Shown: positions 1 through 12,224 of the stretch, in pieces | How the letters are laid out: the number at the start of each line of letters is the position of its first letter | Numbering within the stretch: position 1 is the first letter of the stretch | NCBI RefSeq assembly: GCF_039654945.1 | Contig: NW_027361686.1 | Span: 17,236,001 to 17,300,000, forward strand | Length of the DNA: 64,000 nt | Direction: 5' to 3' | From: Dendrobates tinctorius | Lineage: Eukaryota | Made by a program: the position numbers and the translations under genes | The notes under the pieces: generated by a model | What the model was told of the DNA's origin: nothing | What the model saw: the letters and a program-made list of their open reading frames with translations, nothing else | Database searches by the model: none

Positions 1-1254
1 CATAACTGTTTTCCATCAAGAAATCACTTAAATAGGACCTGCCTGACAAAGTAAAATAGATCAAAAGAACCTCAAAAGCTAGACATACCGCAATCCAAAT
101 AAATTGGGGAACAAATGAGAAATAAAGTAATTGAGATCTATCAGTCTGGAAAAGGTTATAAAGCCATTTATAAAGGTTTGGGACTCCAGCGAGTCATACT
201 AGTGCCATTATCCACAAAAGGCAAAAACATGGAACAGTGGGGAACCTTCCCAGGAATGGCCGGCTGACCAAAATTACCCTGAGAGCGCAGCGAAAACTCA
301 ACCAAGAGGCCACAAAAGACCCCACATTAACATCCAAAGAACTAAGAGGCCTCACTTGCCTCAGTTAAGGTCAGTGTTCATGACTCCACCATAAGAAAGA
401 GACGGGGAAAAAATGGTCTGCATGGCAAAGTCCCAAGACAAAAACCACTGCAGAGCAATAAGAACACAAAGGCTTGTCTCAGTTTTGCCAGAAAAAATCT
501 TGATGATCCCCAAGACTTTTGGGAAAACACTCTGTGGCCTGATGTGACAAAAGATTAACTTTTTGAAGGGTGTATATCCCATTACATCTGACGTAGAAGT
601 AATACAGAATTTCAGAAAAGGAACATCATACCAAAATATGGTGGTGGTAGTGTGATGGTCTGGGGCTGTTTTGCTGCTTCAGTACCTGGAAGACTTGCTG
701 TGGTAAATGGAAACATGAATTCTGCTGTCTAATAAAAATTCTGAAGGAGAATGTCCAGCTATCTGTTCATGACCTCAAGCTGTCATGGGTTTACCACGAC
801 AGAGAGGAGCCCGAAGACCACAGAGCCTGATTTCTCCTACTCCTGCACTGTTTAGAAGCACTTCAACTTCATATTAAATGGTGCAGGTTTCTTTTAGCAG
901 TGCAGAGGTTAATCTGCTCAGTTGAGAGCTCTTGGAAGCTTTTCTGCATTAAGGCTTTGTGCACACGTTGCGGATTCTACTGCAGATCAGCAGCGGATTT
1001 GGCCCTGTGGGTCTGCAGCAGATTCTGCTGCGTTGTGCAGTACCATTAAAGTCAATGGAATTTGAAAAACGCTGTGCACATGCAGTGGAAAAATCTGTGT
1101 GGATTAGCTGCGGGTTCATTTCCACAGCATGTCAATTCTTTGGGCAAATCTGCAGCGTTTCTGCACCCATTGACTTGCATTGATCTGCAGCAAAACTGCA
1201 GGTCTCAAAAAGTTCTGCGGCTTTGCTGCGGATGAAACGCTGCAGATCGGGAGG

Positions 1255-1665
1255 GGGGACAAGTGGGGGCGGGGTGTGGGCGGTGATGTGTGCGTGTATG
1301 GTGTGTGGGCGGTGACTGGGCGTGTATGTGTGTGCGGGCTATGTGTGTGTGCGGGGGGTCTGTGGGGCTCATCAGGATGTCCGGGGGTCTGTGCGGGGGG
1401 TTACCGGGCCTGTGCGGCACTCATCGAGCTGTCTGGGGGTCTGTGCGGGGGCCTGTGCTGGGGTCATTGGGCTGTCGGGGGTCTGTGCGGGGCTCATCGG
1501 GCTGTCGGGAGGTCTGGTGTGGTCTTGCGGGGGGTCTGTGGGGCTGTCCGTGGGTCACCGGTCTGTCCGGCGGGTGTGCGGGGGGTTTGCGGGGCTGTAT
1601 GTGTGTGTGTATGTATGTGTGTGTGTGTGTGCGTGCGGGTGTGTGTGTGTATGTATGTGTATGCA
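1255..1665. repeat. GT/G-rich low-complexity and short tandem repeats
   Basis: Repeats of ggggtctgtgcggggc and (gt)n runs. Confidence 0.85.
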
Positions 1666-1794
1666 GGCATCGTCAGATGGGACTACAAGTCCCATCGGGC
1701 TATGCCTGGTACCCTGTCAGTGAGTGACACATTAGCCAATGATGGGAGAGCAGTAGTCCCATCATCCAGCTAAAGTGTTGAATGTAAAGAAAAA

Positions 1795-2205
1795 AAACAT
1801 ACAAAATATAACATACAGAACATATAACATACAGAACATACATATAAATACAGAGCATACAACATATAAGATACAGAACATACAACATACAGAACATATA
1901 TATAACATACAGAACATATGACATACAGAACTGATAACATACAGAACATACATATAACATATAGAACATACATATAACATACAGAACATACAACATATAA
2001 CATATAGAACATACATATAAGATACAGAACATACAACATATAACATATAGAACATACATGTAAGATACTGAACATACAACATACAAGATACAGAAAATGC
2101 AACATATAACATACAGAGCATACATATAAGATAAAGAACATACATATATCATACAGAACATATACCATACAGAACATACAACATATAACATACAGAACAT
2201 ACATA
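1795..2205. repeat. AC-rich degenerate minisatellite (acatacaga/acatata units)
   Basis: Directly visible. The array continues for a few units after the Tc1 insertion (3843-3865). Confidence 0.9.
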
Positions 2206-3840
2206 CAGTTGTGGCCAAAAGTATTGACACCCCTGCAATTCTGTCAGATAATACTCAGTTTCTTCCTGAAAATGATTGCAAACACAAATTCTTTGGCATT
2301 ATTATCTTCATTTAATTTGTCTTAAATGAAAAAACACAAAAGAGAATGAAGCAAAAAGCAAAACATTGATCATTTCACACAAAACTCCAAAAATGGGCCA
2401 GACAAAAGTATTGGCACCCTCAGCCTAATACTTGGTTGCACAACCTTTAGCCAAAATAACTGCGACCAACCTCTTCCGGTAACCATCAATGAGTTTCTTA
2501 CAATGCTCTGCTGGAATTTTAGACCATTCTTCTTTGGCAAACTGCTCCAGGTCCCTGATATTTGAAGGGTGCCTTATTCAAACTGCCATTTTTAGATCTC
2601 TCCACAGGTGTTCTATGGGATTCAGGTCTGGACTCATTGCTGGCCACCTTAAAAGTCTCCAGTGCTTTCTCTCAAACCATTTTCTAGTGCTTTTTGAAGT
2701 GTGTTTTGGGTCATTGTCCTGCTGGAAGACCCATGACCTCTGAGGGAGACCCAGCTTTCTCACACTGGACCCTACATTATGCTGCAAAATTTGTTGGTAG
2801 TCTTCTGACTTCATAATGCCATGCACACGGTCAAGCAGTCCAGTACCAGAGGCAGCAAAGCAACCCAAAACATCAGAGAACCTCCACCATGTTTGACTGT
2901 AGGGACCGTGTTCTTTTCTTTGAATGCCTCTTTTTTTCTCCTGTAAACTCTATGTTGATGCCTTTGCCCAAAAAGCTCTACTTTTGTCTCATCTGACCAG
3001 AGAACATTCTTCCAAAACGTTTTAGGCTTTTTCAGGTAAGTTTTAACAAACTCCAGCCTGACTTTTTTATGTCTTGGGGTAAGAAGTGGGGTCTTCCTGG
3101 GTCTCCTACCATACAGTCCCTTTTCATTCAGACGCCGACGGATAGTACGGGTTGACACTGTTGTACCCTCGGACTGCAGGGCAGCTTGAACTTGTTTGGA
3201 TGTTAGTCCAGGTTCTTTATCCAACATCCGCACAATCTTGCATTGAAATCTCTTGTCAATTTTTCTTTTCCGTCCACATCTAGGGAGGTTAGCCACAGTG
3301 ACATGGGCTTTAAACTTCTTGATGACACTGCGCATGGTAGACACAGGAACATTCAGGTCTTTGGAGATGGACTTGTAGCCTTGAGATTGCTCATGCTTCC
3401 TCACAATTTGGTTTCTCAAGTCCTCAGACAGTTCTTTGGTCTTCTTTCTTTTCTCCATGCTCAATGTGGTACACACAAGGACACAGGACAGAGGTTGAGT
3501 CAACTTTAATCCATGTCAACTGGCTGCAAGTGTGATTTAGTTATTGCCAACACCTGTTAGGTGCCACAGGTAAGTTACAGGTGCTGTTAATTACACAAAT
3601 TATAGAAGCATCACATGATTTTTCGAACAGTGCCAATACTTTTGTCCACCCTCTTTTTTATGTTTGGTGTGGAATTATATCCAATTTGACTTTAGGACAA
3701 TTCTTTTTGTGTTTTTTTCATTTAAGACAAATTAAATGAAGATAATAATACCAAAAAATTTGTGTTTGCAATCATTTTAGGAAGAAACTGAGCATTATCT
3801 GACAGAATTGCAAGGGTGTCAATACTTTTGGCCACAACTG
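2206..3840 (-). mobile_element. Full-length Tc1-like transposon, IR-DR type (copy B1)
   Basis: TA|CAGTTGTGGCCAAAAGTATTGACACCC...GGGTGTCAATACTTTTGGCCACAACTG|TA. TIRs are ~200 bp with an inner AAAAGTATTGGCAC direct repeat. Confidence 0.96.
2425..3458 (-). pseudogene. Tc1 DD34E transposase, frameshifted near 2865
   Basis: ORFs 2811-3503 and 2578-2868: HTH region, GRKRK, WSDETK, QQDNDPKH, SPDLNPIEHLW. Confidence 0.92.
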
Positions 3841-5040
3841 TATAACATACAACAGATAACATAGAGTACGTACTCACCGCACGCACCTAATTCCCCGAAG
3901 CAATGTAAAAAACATAAAATAATAAACCAACCTATACTCACCTCTCCGCCATAGTCCAGATAATAACGAGGGTCCCACGATGATCTCCCATGGAGAACAG
4001 CCGCATCAGCTGATGCGACCGCTCTCCAGGGGCTCCAGCAATGAAATGACAGGCGGAGGTAATCCTCCGCTGTGTATCCCTCCGCCGGGAAAGAGGTCCC
4101 GTAACCCTAACCCTAGCCCTAGCCCTAAGCCTAACCCTAATTCTCACGCAGCAATGCTGTAAAGTGAGACTCTGAACTCAGGTAACTTCAGTGATAGACC
4201 TGCAGGAGGCATTGTCTCCTGTCAGTTCATCACTGGGAGGCCCCATAGAGCAGTGACATCACCTGATGTCACTGTTCTATAAGGGAGATCGTCGAGGGAC
4301 ACTCGATATTAATTGGACTGTGTTGGACAGGGAGTATACGGTTGGTTTATCATTTTTCTTTTTTTTATAGGAGACAAGGGCGTCGCTTGGATCTGGGAGT
4401 TAAAAAGATGAAAACCGTGTTGTTTTATTTCATTAAAAGACTTTATTCTTATGTGTGTTTTTTTAACCCTTTCAAAAGTTTAATAATGGATAGGCGACTT
4501 ATTGACGCGCTCCATTATTAACCGGGCTTAATGTCACCTTCCAATAGCAATAGCAAGGTGACATTAACCCCTTATATTACCCCATATCCCACCGCTACAC
4601 GGGAGTGGGAAGAGAGTGGCTATGTGCCAGAATCGGCGCATCTTAGAGATGCGCCATTTCTGGGGCGGCTGCGGGCTGGTATTTGTAGCCAGGGGGGGAC
4701 CAATATCCATGGCCCCTTCCTAACCTATGACTATCAGCCCGCAGCTGTCTGCGTAGCCTTTTAGGCTATAAAATATAGGGGAACCCCATGCCATTTTTTA
4801 GGGGGTCCCCCTATTTTAATAGCCAGTAAAGGCTATGCAGACAGCTGTGGGCTGATATTCAAAGCCTGGGAAGGGGTCATGGGTATTACCCCCTTCCCAG
4901 GCTACAAATATTGGCCCCCGGTCATCGGCTTTCCCCATCTGGCGCAGAAAATTGCGCTGGAGCCCACGCCATTTTTTTCCCGTTTTTTTTTTAAATATAT
5001 ATGACTATATATCTTTAGATATATCTATGTATATGTCTAT

Positions 5041-6219
5041 TGTGAGGCAGCAACCAGAGTCATATGTTAGGGTCGCTATGTGTCCCCCAGAATGCGCTCA
5101 GAAGCGTATTAGATCCGCTGGAGTGCCCTGTCGTCGCAGCAGTGTGCCTGTGACTCACAGGGCAGAATAAAAGTGAGTTTGAGCCTGGTCAAGTTATTTG
5201 GACCAAGGAGTTTATTTAGGAAAACCCGGTATGGGCTTTTATTTTTGAAACGGACTGCAGGAAGGTAGTGGGGTCCGGTCCGTTTCCTCTAGCCCAGGTC
5301 TTATAAGCATACCTCCCAACTTTTGAAGAATGGAAATAGCAACAAAGGCTGCGGATCTAACGAATATCTATCAGAATCCATCCAAAAACCGGCAAATTTC
5401 AAAGTGGGGGGGCTAACCCGAGCTAACCCCCCACCTGACACCCCCAATATCTCGGGAACGAAAGGAGATCAACCGTTAATTTTTGCTTTTCAAACCAGAT
5501 CTAACGAATATCTATCAGAATCCATCCAAAAACCGGCAATTGTAAAAGTAGGGGGGGCTAACCCGTAGCTAACCACCCACCTGACACCCCCAATATCTCG
5601 GGAACGAAAGGAGATCTAACGTTAATTTTTGCTGATCAAACTGGATCTAATGAATATCTATCAAAATCCATCAAAAAAACGGCAAATTTCAAAGTTGGGG
5701 GGCTAACCCGTAGATAACCCCCCACCTGACACCCCCAATATCTCAGGAACGAAAGGAGATCTAACGTTAATTTTTGCTGATCAAACCGGATCTAACGAAT
5801 ATCTATCAGAATCCATCCAAAAACCAGCAAATTTCAAAGTAGGGGGGCTAACCCGTAGCCAACCCCCCACTTGACACCCCCAATATCTCGGGAATGAAAG
5901 GAGATCTAACGTTAATTTTTGCTGATCAAACCTGATCTAACGAATATCTATCAGAATCCATCCAAAAAATGGCAAATTTCAATGTTGGGGGGGCTAGCTA
6001 CGGGTTAGCCCCCTCCCTGGAAAAGATCATAGATATCTCAGTTTGTAGCGGAGATCTAATGTTAGCTTTGGTTGATCAAACCGGATCTAACAAAGATCTA
6101 ACGAATGTAATCATTTTTAAACCAAATTCTCACTATGGGAGGGGGGCTAACCCAGGGGTCGTTTGAACTTGCTAGGTCGCTGCCTCTTATCTGCACAGCA
6201 TGGACGCCGCTGCTTTACA
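5041..6219 (+). repeat. 5' LTR of the Gmr1-like element, centre replaced by foreign sequence
   Basis: Matches the 3' LTR over 5041-5307 (about 9 differences counted by eye) and again over 6161-6219. Confidence 0.9.
5308..6160. repeat. ~145-bp tandem array (about 5 units) with a CATACCTCCCAAC leader, inside the 5' LTR
   Basis: GATCTAA(C/T)GAATATC recurs at 5354, 5498, 5644, 5789 and 5934, with a partial GATCTAAC copy at 6084. Confidence 0.9.
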
Positions 6220-6221
6220 CT

Positions 6222-6240
6222 TGGTTGGAGAATGCGGGCA
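6222..6240 (+). promoter_or_regulatory. Primer binding site complementary to the tRNA-Ala 3' end
   Basis: TGGTTGGAGAATGCGGGCA just after the LTR. The vertebrate tRNA-Ala end TGCCCGCATTCTCCACCA (from memory) matches with a 1-nt insertion. Confidence 0.8.
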
Positions 6241-6320
6241 GTGTGAACTGAGGCATACCCAAAGCGTGCTGCATGTCGTATATTAGGCCTGCAACGCTGC
6301 AGCTTAAGTCCACTGATAAG

Positions 6321-7318
6321 ATGGAGGAAATACTGAGACAGTTGGCCGCCTCTCAGGTGCGACAGTCGATGCTGCAAGAGGAGCAGCAGCAGCTACATGA
6401 GCAGCAACAGACCAACAATTTAATTGTGTAGCAGATTGCGGCTCTGCAAGAGGCAGGTACCTCAGCCACCACATACCGATCGGAAGCCCGGTACAAGGTC
6501 CGCTCAGCACTGAGGAAGATGGCACCTGAGGACGACATGGAGGCTTTTCTCACCATTTTTGAAAGCACTGCAGAGCGGGAGAATTTGCCGGTGGCTCAGT
6601 GGGCTGAGGTGGTGTCCAACTTCTTGACGGGAGATGCACAAAAGGCCTAGCTGGACCTCAGTCAGGACGATGCCCTGGACTATGGGAAGCTGAATGGTGA
6701 GCTCCTTGCCCGACTGGGCGTTAATACTGTACATATGTGCGGGCCCAACGGGTGTTCCAGTGGTCCTTTTCTGAGACTCGCCCGGCCTGGTCTCAAGCCT
6801 ATGACTTACTGCAACTGGTTAAAAAATGGCTACAGCCTGAGACTTTAACCCCGATCCAGATGGTAGAGAGGGTGGTGGTGGTCGACCGGCTGGTGAGGGA
6901 CCTACCAGCCGTCATACAACGTTGGGTGGGGAAAGGGGATCCGGGCACTCTGGACCAGGTGGTAGGACTGGTTGAGCAGCTTACAGCCACTCAAGACTTT
7001 ATATGGGACACTGCCCCACTTCGGCTGTCACGTAAGGCCCCTTCAGCTCAGGAGCCTGGGAGAAGTCTACAACCCTCCACCAAAGTCAATACGGATCGTG
7101 CCCGTACTGAGGGGATATCTCGGAAGGAGGTGTTCCCTAGCGTAGTCCCAAGGTACCCTTGGGCCCCAGTCCTTAAGTGTTGGCGGTGCAAAGAGCCTGG
7201 ACATGTGATTGCTAACTGCCCCGTAGCAACCGAACCCATGGACTGCGGGTATACCCGCCGTGTATCTATGTATGCCCAGCCAGTCTGCACTGACACTACA
7301 GACCCTGCCGGTACCTAA
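6321..7318 (+). pseudogene. gag with a SCAN-like capsid domain and CCHC zinc knuckle
   Basis: EDDMEAFLTIFE, LVKKWLQPE...ERVVVVDRLVRDLP...RWV...DPGTLDQVVGLVE, CWRCKEPGHVIANC. Internal stops and a frameshift. Confidence 0.82.
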
Positions 7319-7329
7319 CCTCAGCGGTG

Positions 7330-10300
7330 TGAGGTACTCGTCAATTGGTACCAGACGGACGCTCTCTTGGACTCCGGGAGCTTGGTGACCCTGGTACACG
7401 GATCCCTGGTTGCCGGGGATAGACCTAATGGACGGAAGGTGGGGGTAGTATGCATACATGGGGACCTCCGTGAGTACCCCACTGAGGAGGTCACGTTCTC
7501 CACCACATGTGGGGAGATAAAACATGTGGTGGGAGTGGTAAAGACTCTTCCGTATGGGACTGTATTAGGAAGAGATTTTCCCCTGTTCTGGTCCCTGTGG
7601 GAGACCAGGGTTAACCCTCTTAGGGTAAAAAGTATTCCGGGCGCTGAACCTGAAGATCCCAAGTCAGGGATTCCTGCCGTAGGGGTCACCAACATAGGGA
7701 CAGAGTGCAACCCCGATAGGTTTCCCGTAGAGGTGTTGGCAGGAGAAGTTGAGGAGAACTCACCCATTCCGGAGCTGGAGGTGTCACCTGGTAAGTTCGG
7801 GACTGCCCATCTCCAGGACCCCACTTTGACCTAGGCCAGGGAAAGAGTAATCGTGGTAAATGGGGTGGCTCAACAACCAGGTGTAGAGAGGAAGCTTCCC
7901 CGGATGGAGATCAACCAAGAGTTACTGTACAGGGTGGATAAAATCAGGGATGAGGTGGTAGAACAGCTGGTGGTGCCTCAACCCTATCGTCGGGAGGTGC
8001 TCAATATGGCTCACTCTCACATGCTGGGATGGCATTTGGGGGCCAAAAAGACGCTAGAGCGCATATTACAGTGGTTTTTCTCGCCTGGGGTCTATTTTGA
8101 GGTCAAAAGGTATTGCGACACATGTCCGGAGTGCCAACTAACCTCACCCACCACGAACTACCGGAGTCCTTTGGTGACTCTGCCCATTATAGAGGTACCT
8201 TTTGAGCGGATTGCGATGGATCTGGTAGGGCCATTAGTAAAGTCCGCCCGGGGCCACCAGCACATATTAGTAGTTGTAGATTACGCCACCCGGTACCCAG
8301 AGGCGATACCCCTCCGCCACACTTTGGCTAAACTAATAGCCCGTGAACTGTTCGCCATGTTCTGTCGCTTACGGCTACCCAAGGATATCCTTACTGAGCA
8401 AGGTACTCCATTTATGTCTAAGGTGACCAAGGAGCTGTGTTAGCTGCTCCAAATCAAACAGCTACGCACGTCGGTGTACCATCCACAAACCGATGGGTTG
8501 GTGGAGAGGTTTAATAAGAACCTCAAAGCCATGCTAAAAAAGGTAATCGCCAAGGATGGCAGGGATTGGGACATGTTTCTGCCCTATCTAATGTTCGCCA
8601 TTCGCGAGGTACCGCAGGTGTCAACAGGGTTCTCACCGTTTGAGCTATTGTATGGCAGGCACCAAAGAGGATTGCTAGATGTAGCCAAAGAGACGTGGGA
8701 ACAGGAGCCCACTCCCCATAAAAGTGTCATTGAGTATGTGACAAAAATGCAGGATCGGATTGTCATCGTGCGGCCCAGAGTAAAGGAGCATCTGTTGGAT
8801 GCCCAGGCCGCTCAGAGCCGCAAGTATAATAAAAGGACCACGGTCAGGACCTTTAAAGGAGGAGACCGGGTGTTGGTACTAGTACCCACCCAAGAGAGTA
8901 AACTCATGGCCAAGTGGAAAGGGCCTTATGAGATACGGGGGAAAGTGGGGGAAGTGAATTATAAGGTGTGCCAACCTGGGAAAAGGAAACCCGAGCAGCT
9001 GTACCATGTAAACCTGCTAAAGACCTGGAAGAACCGAGAATGTTTGGTTACTGAGGCGACTCCGGTCATATAAATGGGGGTCCCTCTGGCTATGGCCAAG
9101 GACCCGGCTGGGTGTGAGGTAAAAGTAAATGACTCCCTCACAAAACAGCAGCGACGGGAGGCTCGAGCTTTAGTGCAGCAGAATACGGATGTATTCTCAG
9201 AGCTGCCGAGACGAACCTCGGTGATACAGCATGACATTATCACCGAGCCCCAGGTTAGGGTACGGATGAAACCATACCGAGTGCCAGAAGCCAGGAGGCA
9301 AGCGATAGTGGCTGAAGTGAGGCAAATGCTTCAATTTGGAGCCATTGAAGAGTCCCGGAGTGAGTGGGCTAGCCCTATTGTGCTAATAACAAAACTGGAT
9401 GGGTTGTTATGCTTCTGTAATGAATTCAGGAAGTTAAATGAGGTGTCAAAATTTGACCTCTACCCAATGCCTCGGGTGGACAAGCTTATTGAAAGACTGG
9501 GAAAGGCCCAGTACTTCACCACGCTCAACCTCACAAAAGGGTACTGGCAGGTTCCCCTGACAGAATCGACTAAAGAGAAGACCGCATTTATCACGCCAGA
9601 GGGTCTGTTTCACTATGTTGTCTTACCCTTTGGGTTACATGAGGCTCCGGCCACATTCCAGAGGCTGATGGACTGAGTATTAGAACCTCTTCGGAAATAC
9701 ACATCGGCCTATTTAGATGACATAGTCATCTTTAGTACCAACTGGGAGACCCACCTGTCCCGGGTACAAGCCGTGTTAGACTCGCTCCGAGTCGCAGGGT
9801 TAACAGCAAACGCAAAGAAATGTGCGATAGGGAAGCTCGGTACTTGGGTTATGTGATCAGTCGCGGGGTGATCAAACCCCAAGTAAACAAGACTGAGGCC
9901 ATCAAAAACTGTCCCAAACCCTTAAGTACTAAGCAGGTGAGAGCATTCCTTGGCATCATTGGTTACTACCGCCAGTTTATACCAAATTTTGCGGGGAATC
10001 CTCAGGTGGAAAAAGCATTTGAGTCCCTGAAGTCGGCGTTGTGTGGACAGCCGGTCCTCATCAACCCCGACTTCAAAAAGACCTTTATTGTGCAAACCGA
10101 TGCCTCGGAGGTAGGTCTAGGAGCGGTGCTGTCACAAGAGGTGAACGGGGATGAGCATCCAGTCACCTACTTGAGCAGGAAACTGACCCCGGCAGAGAAA
10201 AATTATAGCGTAGTGGAAAAGGAGTGCTTGGCGATTAAATGGGCCTTGGAGTCCCTACGCTATTATCTGCTCGGGCGTCAGTTTTGTTTGGTAACAGACC

Positions 10301-10464
10301 ATTCTCCCCTCGTCTGGATGAGAAACGCAAAAGAGAGGAATGCCCGAGTCACCAGATGGTTCCTGTCCCTAGAAAACGTCAGTTTCTCAGTGGAATATAG
10401 GGCGAGGAAGGCCCCTGTCATGGGCCCCCTGTGTGGTGACAAATGTTCAACCCCACAAGCTTGA
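7330..10464 (+). pseudogene. pol in the order protease, integrase, reverse transcriptase, RNase H
   Basis: LLDSGS at ~7364. Integrase AHSH..GWHLG..CDTCPEC, IAMDLVGP, YHPQTDGLVERFN, WKGPY at 7853-9040. RT WASPIV, LPFGL, YLDD at 9130-9990. RH QTDASEVGLGAVLSQ, EKECLAIKWA after 10080. Several stops. Confidence 0.93.
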
Positions 10465-10479
10465 ACAGAGGGGGGGGTA

Positions 10480-11098
10480 TGTGAGGCAGCGACCAGAGTC
10501 ATATGTGAGGGTCGCTATGTGTCCCCCAGAATGCGCTCAGAAGCGTATTAGATCCGCTGGAGTGCTCTGTCGTCGCAGCAGTGTGCCTGTGACTCACAGG
10601 GCAGAATAAAAGTGAGTTTGAGCCTGGTCAAGTTATTTGGACCAAGGAGTTTATTCAGGAAAACCAGGTATGGGCTTTTATTTTTGAAACGGACTGCAGG
10701 AAGGTAGTGGGGGTCCGGTCTATTTCCTCCAGCCCAGGTCTTATAAGTGGCCTATGGCCACAGATTGGAGAAAGGAAAAAAAAACCCTGCAGAAAGTGTT
10801 TTGGGTGTGTCAGTTCTGAGTCGCACAGAGAGAGAGAGCAGTGGTCTGCAGAGCTCCCTGTGTGAGGCAACACAGGGCCAAGCTTAGCCAAGGACTGGCA
10901 CCCCTTTCATACCCGGGCAACACGGTCACTCATGGAAACTGGCCACGGACTGTTTTGTTGCTTCCCGGCTGTGATCCGGAGGATACAGCATGTTGTGCAC
11001 TGTGAGTGGTTTTTTGTGGACATTAAACACTTTTTTTTTGTTTGAACTTGCTGGGTCACTGCCTCTTCTCTGCACAGCGTGGACGCCGCTGCTTTACA
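10480..11098 (+). repeat. 3' LTR (619 bp) of the Gmr1-like element
   Basis: Follows the polypurine tract GAGGGGGGGG. Runs TGTGAGG...TTTACA. Confidence 0.93.
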
Positions 11099-12224
11099 CC
11101 ATAGATATATCTATGGAAATATCTATAGGTATATCTATGGAAATAGCTATAGATATATCTATGGATAGATAGATATATCTATCCATATATCTATCTATCC
11201 CATATTTATCTATCTATCTAGCTATCTATCCCATATTTATCTGTCTGTCTGTCTGTCTATCTGTGTGTAATGTAGTGTGGGTTGGACAAATGTAAAGGAG
11301 GAGGTTGGACAGAAATGATATCACAAATCTTTTTTTTGTTAAATAACATATCTTTATTTAGCTTACAAAAATGCATACAAAACCGCATCAAATCCGAGGC
11401 AAAAAAGCATCAAAAGCGCTGCAAAACCGCACCTGCGTTTTCTGCCAAGAGCTGCGTTTTTTGTGTGCAAAAATCCGCAGGAGAATCCACAACGTGTGCA
11501 CATACCCTAAGGATGTCAGCTGTGCAGTTAGCCACTTCCATCTCCTATATAATATGGGTCTTGGCTAGCACTCATTGCCAGAGTAGCTTATGCTGCATGG
11601 TTAGGAGATGAGGGTTGGTCGCTGTTGTTTGAGAAGGCGTTTTGTGGCTTTATCTGTGACTGTTGCTAGGTTTTGATTGTGTGCTAATAACCACATTGCC
11701 CTTCTCCTACTATGGTTTTACTCCATCCTACACTCCCCGGTGTTTACCTCTTTTGTTTGTGTGAGTATATTTTTATGATTGGCATTTTCCTTTATCCCTG
11801 TTGGTATGATTGGCATTTTCCTTTATCCCTGTTGGTATTACATTGTTTGTCTGGTTGGTATAATGCGATACACTACTACTCCCCTCTTCCCTGGGTGGGG
11901 AAAGGGTACATATTGAGGGCGGATTCTGTAGCTAAGGCAAGGTATGTGGTCCTGGCGTCTTCACCATCAGAAGTAATCCGAGGAACAGGGCGAGCTAGGA
12001 TGCCCCTAGTGTTAGGGACAGTGAAGAAGCACCTAGCCCCAGGGCACCTGCCAACGGAGTCATGATAAACGCACTTGGGTTATGCAGCAGGACAATGATT
12101 CAAAACACACCAGCAAGTCCTCCTCTGAACGGCATAAGGAAAACAAAATTAAGACTTTGGAGTGGCAGTGGCCTAATCAGAATACTGACCTTAATCTGAT
12201 TGAGATGCTGTGACATGACCTTAA

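Larger units (their letters stand above)
5041..11098 (+). mobile_element. Gmr1-like Ty3/Gypsy LTR retrotransposon (gag-SCAN, PR, IN, RT, RH), defective
   Basis: LTRs TG...CA at 5041-6219 and 10480-11098. Flanks are CTAT/CCAT (4-bp TSD, one mismatch). PBS at ~6222 and PPT at ~10468. Integrase lies upstream of RT. Confidence 0.93.
953..11507. mobile_element. Non-autonomous PIF/Harbinger-type DNA element that hosts further insertions
   Basis: TIRs GGCTTTGTGCACACGTTGCGGATTCT (953) and AGAATCCACAACGTGTGCACATACCC (ends 11507), flanked by TAA on both sides (950-952, 11508-11510). Confidence 0.8.
781..12067 (+). mobile_element. Solo LTR (~730 bp once nested inserts are removed: 781-952 plus 11508-12067) inserted in Tc1 copy A
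   Basis: Begins TGTCATG exactly where the Tc1 frame stops and ends CATGATA (near-inverted terminus) where it resumes. TATA-like tatataa at ~11547. The TSD is not clean and the strand is a best guess. Confidence 0.6.

Noticed and set aside
1180-2230. Cys/Val/Tyr-rich ORFs
   Set aside because: Products of GT- and AC-rich simple repeats.
4103-4140. (CCCTAA)n-like runs, also at ~46929-46977, as interstitial telomeres
   Set aside because: Short, degenerate and internal to non-autonomous DNA elements.
6737-7318. Host SCAN zinc-finger gene or domesticated gag
   Set aside because: It lies between PBS and protease in an LTR element, has upstream stops and has no C2H2 array.
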